64,000 bases of DNA from Gammaproteobacteria bacterium (lineage in GTDB: Bacteria > Pseudomonadota > Gammaproteobacteria > JAUZRS01): positions 67,210 to 131,209 of the forward strand of contig JAUZSP010000007.1 in the NCBI GenBank assembly GCA_030949385.1. Reading direction: 5' to 3'. The notes below the pieces were generated by a model, which saw only the letters and a list, made by a program, of their open reading frames with translations, searched no databases and had not been told where the DNA came from. Of the stretch, positions 58,168 to 64,000 are shown in pieces; the stretch's first letter is position 1, and each line of letters opens with the position of its first letter. A program made the translations under genes and the position numbers.

Positions 58168-59637
58168 ATGAATTTTATCGAAACGCGCGGCAACGACGGC
58201 CAACAGGCTTCAGAAGTCAGTTTTTCTTCCGCCATTCTCAGCCCCATGTCCTCTTTTGGAGGGATTTACGTCCCCGATAGCCTACCCGATCTAGGCACAA
58301 CCTTTTTGCAAACCCACCTCAACAGCAGCTACAAAACCTTAGCCAAAGCACTGCTAAATGCCTTTGAGATCGACATCGACCCAGCGGTGATCGATGAAGC
58401 CCTCAACACCTACGACGCTTTTGACGATGCCAACAACCCTGTGCCGGTGGTCAAAGTGGACGATGACACGTTTGTCAGCGAGCTCTATCACGGCCCCACT
58501 CGCGCCTTTAAAGACATGGCACTGCAACCCTTTGGCGTGGTGCTCTCCCGACTGGCACAACAACGGGGTGAACACTATTTAATTATGGCTGCCACCTCCG
58601 GTGACACCGGTCCTGCTGCACTGGAAACCTTTAAAAATCGTGCTAACGTGAAAGTGGCTTGCCTCTATCCCGACGGCGGCACCTCCGATGTGCAGCGTTT
58701 GCAAATGGTCACCGAAGACGCAGCCAACCTCAAAGTCATCGGCATTCACGGCGATTTTGATGACGCACAATCGGCACTGAAACAGTTGCTCAATTCAGAA
58801 AAATTCGCCGCCAAACTGAAACAGAAAAACACCCGGCTTTCAGCGGCCAATTCGGTCAATTTTGGCCGCATTATTTTCCAGATCATCTACCACATTCACA
58901 GCTACTTAGAATTGGTGCGCCAACACGCAATCAAGCTCGGTGATAAGGTTTATCTGGATGTACCCAGCGGCAACTTTGGCAACGCACTCGGCGGTTATTA
59001 CGCCATGAAAATGGGCTTGCCAGTAGAAAAAATCCTCATCGCCTCCAACAGCAACAACGTACTCACCGAACTGATTCAAGAGGGGCGTTACGACCTGCGT
59101 GAACGGGAGGTCATCGGCACCACTTCACCAGCGATGGACATTCTCAAATCTTCCAATGTGGAACGCATTTTATTTGATCTGTTTGGCGCAGAACGCACCA
59201 AAAAGTTAATGTTGCAACTGGACAGCGACAACCATTACCAATTAAATCCCGCTGAGCTGGCAAAGCTACAAGCCATTTTCAATGCCGATTTTTGCAGTGA
59301 TAACGAAGGCAAAGAGGTAATTCAGAACCGTTTTAAACGTGGCTATTTAATGGATCCGCACACCGCCACCTGCTTTAAAACCCAGCAGTCCTACGCCAAA
59401 AAGGGCATTAAAACCATCATCTACTCCACTGCTGAGTGGACCAAATTTTCACCCACCATTGCCAACGCCCTCACCGGTGAAGAAGATGCTCACGATCTGG
59501 ATGCGCTGAAAAGCATCTCCCATGAAGCCAACACGCCAATTCCAGCCACGATCAGCGAACTGTTTAATAAAAACATCGCGCAAAAGAGTGTGATTGATAA
59601 AAACAACATCGAAACCGAGGTGCTGGCCTTTTTATAA
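58168..59637 (+). CDS. thrC: Threonine synthase
   Basis: ELYHGPTRAFKDMAL (PLP lysine), ATSGDTG, SAANSVNFGR, VPSGNFGN, PAMDIL..SNVER, DPHTA. Confidence 0.95.
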   Translation: MNFIETRGNDGQQASEVSFSSAILSPMSSFGGIYVPDSLPDLGTTFLQTHLNSSYKTLAKALLNAFEIDIDPAVIDEALNTYDAFDDANNPVPVVKVDDDTFVSELYHGPTRAFKDMALQPFGVVLSRLAQQRGEHYLIMAATSGDTGPAALETFKNRANVKVACLYPDGGTSDVQRLQMVTEDAANLKVIGIHGDFDDAQSALKQLLNSEKFAAKLKQKNTRLSAANSVNFGRIIFQIIYHIHSYLELVRQHAIKLGDKVYLDVPSGNFGNALGGYYAMKMGLPVEKILIASNSNNVLTELIQEGRYDLREREVIGTTSPAMDILKSSNVERILFDLFGAERTKKLMLQLDSDNHYQLNPAELAKLQAIFNADFCSDNEGKEVIQNRFKRGYLMDPHTATCFKTQQSYAKKGIKTIIYSTAEWTKFSPTIANALTGEEDAHDLDALKSISHEANTPIPATISELFNKNIAQKSVIDKNNIETEVLAFL

Positions 59638-59644
59638 CCGATTT

Positions 59645-59670
59645 GTAGCGGCTGACCCATGTGTCAGCCC
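59645..59670 (+). repeat. GTAG-type REP-like palindrome between convergent genes
   Basis: GTAGC-GGCTGAC-ccatgt-GTCAGCC-C. Confidence 0.55.
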
Positions 59671-59675
59671 TCGCT

Positions 59676-60566
59676 TTACCCCCCCACCTTTCTGTGACAC
59701 GCCACCACAGTGTGCTCGCTGTCCAGCTCAAAACACCAATCCGCTCGCTGCGGCAAGGTCTTTAAACAGTGTTGTGTTAAACGTTCAAAATGTTGTATAA
59801 AACGCCGCAGTTCTGTTTCATTCATCAAGCGATTTTTTTTATCAGACTGTTCTGATAGCTTCTGCTCCTGTAATAAACGCCACTGATAAACCCTCTCAAA
59901 GGTGGGTGGGTTCAGCAGTGCCAGATAATCTATTTTTTTAAACAACTTCTGATACTCATCCGCCAAACAGTCGTTCACATACGTGCGCCAAACGCTGCTT
60001 GAATCCTCATTTTTTTCCAAATCATTTATAGGCAAAGCCACCTCAGCTGCTGTTTGCGCTTCAGCGCCCAAACACCACCCTTCTAAAATAATTAGATCCA
60101 CTTTTCCCCGCACAAGCGACCATTCAGATTCGGGTAAACGGTCATCAATGCTTTTATCAAAACGGGGAATTAAACAGTCGTCGGTAGGCGCTGTCTGCTG
60201 CAATTGTGCCAGCGTCCGCAAGGCCAGTACCACATCGTGGGTTCCCGGCACCCCACGAGTGGCCAACAAAGGATGAACGTGCTGGGCAAGCTCTTGGCGC
60301 TGTTGATGGGTTAAATAAAAATCATCAAGCGAAAGCGACACCACCGAGAGTGGTTTTAATAACAGAGCAAGCAACTTTGCTAAAGTGGATTTTCCCGAAC
60401 CCTGTGAACCTTGCAGACCAATCACAAGAGGTTTATCCGCCTTTTTATACAACAAAAAAACATCGTCAGCCAAGTCCTTAAACCAAGGGAAAACAGTATG
60501 GCGATACTGTTCAGGCAGTCGTTCTTGTTTTAAAAAATCATCAATTTTTTTATTATTCACATCCAT
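59676..60566 (-). CDS. P-loop kinase of the PRK/uridine kinase family, plant-type D-glycerate 3-kinase-like
   Basis: GLQGSQGSGKST, SLDDFYL, LLATRGVPGTHD, PRFDKS.DDR, LEGWC, WRLLQE, FIQHFERL. Confidence 0.8.
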   Translation of the reverse strand: MDVNNKKIDDFLKQERLPEQYRHTVFPWFKDLADDVFLLYKKADKPLVIGLQGSQGSGKSTLAKLLALLLKPLSVVSLSLDDFYLTHQQRQELAQHVHPLLATRGVPGTHDVVLALRTLAQLQQTAPTDDCLIPRFDKSIDDRLPESEWSLVRGKVDLIILEGWCLGAEAQTAAEVALPINDLEKNEDSSSVWRTYVNDCLADEYQKLFKKIDYLALLNPPTFERVYQWRLLQEQKLSEQSDKKNRLMNETELRRFIQHFERLTQHCLKTLPQRADWCFELDSEHTVVACHRKVGG

Positions 60567-60585
60567 AGCACCAAATTTTAAGCAC

Positions 60586-60617
60586 AAAAAAAGCGGAGCA
60601 CAAAGGCTCCGCTTTTT
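60586..60617. terminator. Intrinsic terminator after fccB (potentially bidirectional)
   Basis: AAAAAAAGCGGAGC-acaaag-GCTCCGCTTTTT. Confidence 0.8.
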
Positions 60618-60643
60618 AAGTCAATAAATTGACTTAACTGGCT

Positions 60644-61936
60644 TTAGCCAAACGTATCAGAGGTGATATTTTTGAACCAGCTGTGTGCATAACCCACTTC
60701 ACGCTTGCGGAAAGCAGGAGTTGCATCCATAGGTGTCAGGCCACCAGAGCCCTTAACCTTAATGATTTTACCTTCTGCACCGAGACGGTAAACCATTGCA
60801 ACAGAAATACCCCAATCTTCGCCAGGCACACTGTAACAGGTGTTAACGTAAGAAGGCGTAGGCGCATCATTGCCATTCAACATAGCAACGATGGCTGCTG
60901 CACAGACTTTGGCTTCAGAACTGGCCGCATAACCGGATTTCGGCAGAGGGCTAGCAACTGAGGAGTCACCAATGACGTGGACATTTTTGTGAATGGTAGA
61001 CTCGAACGTCTTCTGATTCACAGGACACCAACCTTTATCGTTGGTCAAGCCCGCAGCAAAGGCGATTTTACCGGCTTTCTGAGCAGGGATAACGTTTAAT
61101 ACGTCAGCCTTATGATCAGTAAACTCAGTAAAGGCCATGCGCTTGTCGGCATCAACACGATTAACCAGACCGTCGTTGGCTTTAGAAACCCACTCGATCA
61201 TGCTGTTGTCGGTACCGTAACCGTACATTGCTTTCCAAGACTGAACAAACAGGCCTTTCTTGGAGAACTTATCTTTAGAATCCAAAATCAAGATTTTTGA
61301 TTTTGGTTTGTGTTTCTTCAGATAATGTGCGATTTGACCGGCACGCTCGTATGGCCCAGGAGGACAACGGAAAGGGTTAGGAGGAGGTGCAATAATCACC
61401 GTACCGCCGTCTTTCATTGCTTCCAGCTGTTTGCGCAGAATGATGGTTTGTGAACCGGCTTTCCAAGCATGTGGCACTTTTTCAGCAGCAGCCTCATCGT
61501 AGCCTTCAATGGTATCCCATTTGAAGTCCACACCAGGAGAAACGATGCAATGATCGTAAGCGAAAGATTTTCCGCTTTTGGTGTTCACTTTTTGTGCTTT
61601 AGCATCAATACCGGTTACCCAGTCATTGACCACTTTAACACCGTGAGCTGCTAAACCACTGTAACCGAACTTGATTGAATCCATGCTACGGCCACCGCCC
61701 AGCACTTCATTACTCATGAAACAGGTGTAGTAATGTTTGTTGGCTTCGATCAGGGTCACTTCGATTGAAGAATCACCCATGCGAATGTATTTAGCAGCTG
61801 TTGCGCCACCCATACCACCACCAATTATCACAACCCGCTTGGTTGCACCCAAACTCAAGCCAGGAGCACCCAGCGCGCCAACGGCGGCGGCAGCACCTGT
61901 AACCTTGAGGAAATTACGACGTGTAAATTGACTCAT
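60644..61936 (-). CDS. fccB: Flavocytochrome c sulfide dehydrogenase, flavoprotein subunit
   Basis: Tat signal TRRNFLK; [14 protein letters not shown]; CFMSN; [10 protein letters not shown]; PKSG; NTCYS. Confidence 0.93.
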   Translation of the reverse strand: MSQFTRRNFLKVTGAAAAVGALGAPGLSLGATKRVVIIGGGMGGATAAKYIRMGDSSIEVTLIEANKHYYTCFMSNEVLGGGRSMDSIKFGYSGLAAHGVKVVNDWVTGIDAKAQKVNTKSGKSFAYDHCIVSPGVDFKWDTIEGYDEAAAEKVPHAWKAGSQTIILRKQLEAMKDGGTVIIAPPPNPFRCPPGPYERAGQIAHYLKKHKPKSKILILDSKDKFSKKGLFVQSWKAMYGYGTDNSMIEWVSKANDGLVNRVDADKRMAFTEFTDHKADVLNVIPAQKAGKIAFAAGLTNDKGWCPVNQKTFESTIHKNVHVIGDSSVASPLPKSGYAASSEAKVCAAAIVAMLNGNDAPTPSYVNTCYSVPGEDWGISVAMVYRLGAEGKIIKVKGSGGLTPMDATPAFRKREVGYAHSWFKNITSDTFG

Positions 61937-61950
61937 ATTAGTCCTCTCCC

Positions 61951-62541
61951 CTACTTCTCGCTGGCATAAAAGTTCATGAGTTGATCCATACCAGCATCAC
62001 CCGCTTTTTTATGCATTTTTTCCAGTTTTTTCTTCATTTTTTTCGGCATTTCACGACTGCCGTCCATGAAGTCCTGCATCGTGTAATGCAAGTAAGGTCC
62101 CCACTGACCAGCTAGGATACCTGCATCGTCTTCACTGGAAGTACCGCCATCTTCGTGGCATTTTTCACAGTATTTATCGTGCAGTTTTGCACCTTTTTTG
62201 GCTTTGCCTTTATCAGACACCTGCATACCGGCTTTGAATTTTTGCTCGGCAAAAAATTTCGCCATCGCTTCAAATTCTTCTTCAGTGTAGCCTTTTGCGA
62301 TACGACCCATAATGGTTGAGGGGCGTTCGCCACTCTTATAGGCTTTCATTGCATCGACAAAGTAGTCTTTGGAAATACCCGCAATGGTCGGTGTCGCAGG
62401 CCCTTGGCTATTGCCATTGGTACCATGACAACCGGCACAGGTGTTGCCCAACATTTCACCACTGGGTGTCGCGGCCCAAGCCGTTGCACTCAATACCAAA
62501 CCACCAATCAACAAGGCAAGTTGTCTCTTTTTTTGCCTCAT
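61951..62541 (-). CDS. fccA: Flavocytochrome c sulfide dehydrogenase, dihaem cytochrome c subunit
   Basis: Sec signal; CAGCH and CEKCH; [11 protein letters not shown]. Confidence 0.92.
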   Translation of the reverse strand: MRQKKRQLALLIGGLVLSATAWAATPSGEMLGNTCAGCHGTNGNSQGPATPTIAGISKDYFVDAMKAYKSGERPSTIMGRIAKGYTEEEFEAMAKFFAEQKFKAGMQVSDKGKAKKGAKLHDKYCEKCHEDGGTSSEDDAGILAGQWGPYLHYTMQDFMDGSREMPKKMKKKLEKMHKKAGDAGMDQLMNFYASEK

Positions 62542-62612
62542 AGTCTCCCTCCTCTCGCATTACAGCGTGGGTTAATAAAAACAGCGTTTATCTTACTCTT
62601 TGACCTGCAGAC

Positions 62613-63155
62613 CTACTCTGAATCTTCCGGCTCATCCGGCTCTTCATGAGCAATGCCTTTATGACAATCGATACACGTTTTTCCCTTTTCAGTCGCACGA
62701 CGATGCTTTTTAGCAGCCATCTTATCCTGCTCGTCAAAATCCATATGTTCAACATTATGGCAACTGCGACACTCGCGAGAATCGCTGGCTTCCATTTTTG
62801 CCCAAACCCGAGAGGCCATATCCCAACGATGCGCTTCGTATTTTTCCGGCGTATCAATGGTGCCTAAAATTTCATGGTAAACGTCTTTGGCCGCCATGAT
62901 TTTGGCGTAAAGTTTAGGTCCAAATTCCTTAGGAACGTGGCAATCGGCACAGGTGGCTTGCACACCGGAACGATTTTTAAAATGGGAGGTTTCTTTATAC
63001 TCGTTGTAATTGGTCTGCATCGTATGACACGAAATACAAAACTCCATACGGTTGGTATAACTGAAAAAAGCATTAACACTGGCCAGTGCTGCTGCACCCG
63101 CCAAAAAAATTAAGACACCAATCCAGAGGCCTTTTTTAGCCGCACGATCTACCAT
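62613..63155 (-). CDS. NapC/NirT-family membrane tetrahaem cytochrome c
   Basis: N-terminal TM helix; CISCH, CADCH, CRSCH and CIDCH; GIAH terminus. Confidence 0.93.
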   Translation of the reverse strand: MVDRAAKKGLWIGVLIFLAGAAALASVNAFFSYTNRMEFCISCHTMQTNYNEYKETSHFKNRSGVQATCADCHVPKEFGPKLYAKIMAAKDVYHEILGTIDTPEKYEAHRWDMASRVWAKMEASDSRECRSCHNVEHMDFDEQDKMAAKKHRRATEKGKTCIDCHKGIAHEEPDEPEDSE

Positions 63156-63336
63156 AGAACTTCATCCATAGAACAAAAATTATTTATCTAGAAAAATGTT
63201 TTCAATAGTCTCCGCTCTGTCTGAAAACCATTTAGCTCGTAATTGCATTTAAACAACGAATTAACCTCTGGGAATTATTTATACCACGGCTTATTCATAG
63301 AAACCACAACTTTCAGCTTTTTTTAAGTTACAAGCA

Positions 63337-63364
63337 CCGTTGAGTAAAGGTCTCTACTCAACGG
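63337..63364. terminator. 10-bp stem hairpin downstream of the RND gene (terminator or RNA stability element)
   Basis: CCGTTGAGTA-aaggtctc-TACTCAACGG; no adjacent U-tract. Confidence 0.4.
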
Positions 63365-63379
63365 CCTATAAAACCACGT

Positions 63380-64000
63380 TTAAACGTGGCTCTGCTTCTC
63401 AGTGCTGTCATCAGACATGCTTGAACCCACACTGATGCACCCCAGTGGTATCACGATCAAAGTCAAAATCGTCGAGATCATCACCCCAAACAGCAGTGAA
63501 ACCGCCATACCTTGGAAAATCGGATCACTGAGGATCACACTGGCACCGCCCATCAAAGCCAATGCCGTGATCACAATCGGACGGGTACGGGCTTTACACG
63601 CACGCAACACCGCCTCTTCCACGGGAGTACCCATTTTCACTTCGGCAATAGAAAAATCCACCAGCAAAATAGAATTACGCACAATAATGCCCGCCAAAGC
63701 AATAAAACCGATCATCGAGGTGGCAGTAAATTCAGCCCCCATAATCCAGTGACCCGGCACAATGCCCAACAGAGTTAAGGGGATCGGAGCCATGATCACC
63801 GCTGGCAAGACAAAGTTACCGATCATGCCCACCACCAACATGTAAATAAGGATCAGAGCCACACCAAAAGCAATGCCCATATCACGGAAGGTGACGTAGG
63901 TAATCGTCCACTCACCGCCCCACTCAAACGCAGATTCACCGTTATCCTCAGGCGCGCCGGTCATAAAACCGGACATCGTTACCCCATCGGGGGTAGTGTA
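63380..64000 (-). CDS. AcrB/CusA-type RND permease, C-terminal part; runs off the window end
   Basis: WGGEWTITYVTFRD, GFIALAGIIVRNSILLVDF, RTRPIVITA, GMAVSLLFG. Confidence 0.9.
   Translation of the reverse strand, partial: YTTPDGVTMSGFMTGAPEDNGESAFEWGGEWTITYVTFRDMGIAFGVALILIYMLVVGMIGNFVLPAVIMAPIPLTLLGIVPGHWIMGAEFTATSMIGFIALAGIIVRNSILLVDFSIAEVKMGTPVEEAVLRACKARTRPIVITALALMGGASVILSDPIFQGMAVSLLFGVMISTILTLIVIPLGCISVGSSMSDDSTEKQSHV

Overview
64 kb chromosomal window from a flagellated Gammaproteobacterium. It is probably a sulfur-oxidising autotroph, inferred from fccAB and a plant-type glycerate kinase. Contents in order: (1) pirin/LysR, an MtaD-like deaminase, a small higBA-type toxin-antitoxin pair, a degenerate REC-GGDEF protein, purB-roxA-GNAT, a GlyGly-CTERM subtilase, NYN-tsaB, glutaminase and a CAP lipoprotein; (2) a large beta-helix/purple-acid-phosphatase fusion lipoprotein, divergent from a four-gene glycan operon (unknown protein, GT4, GT4, processive GT2); (3) a ~25 kb polar-type flagellar cluster (fliJ-I-H-G-F-E, fleQ, fliT-S-D-C, flgL to flgB, cheV, flgA-M-N) with recognisable sigma54 and sigma28 promoters, no fleSR or cheR, a homopolymer frameshift in flgI, and a 954-bp direct-repeat-flanked insertion between fliI and fliJ that carries a DUF4160/DUF2442-like pair ending in an apparent half attC site; (4) tRNA-Ala(GGC) with an unusual G32-C38 pair, kdsB-trm112-lpxK-msbA-exbD-exbB, a membrane MCP with an Aer2-like PAS domain preceded by a secreted four-repeat protein, rnhB coupled to a diguanylate cyclase, thrC, glycerate kinase, and napC-like/fccA/fccB next to a partial RND permease. 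No CRISPR array, rRNA, integrase or transposase was seen. All family assignments come from motif recognition by eye, not from database searches.
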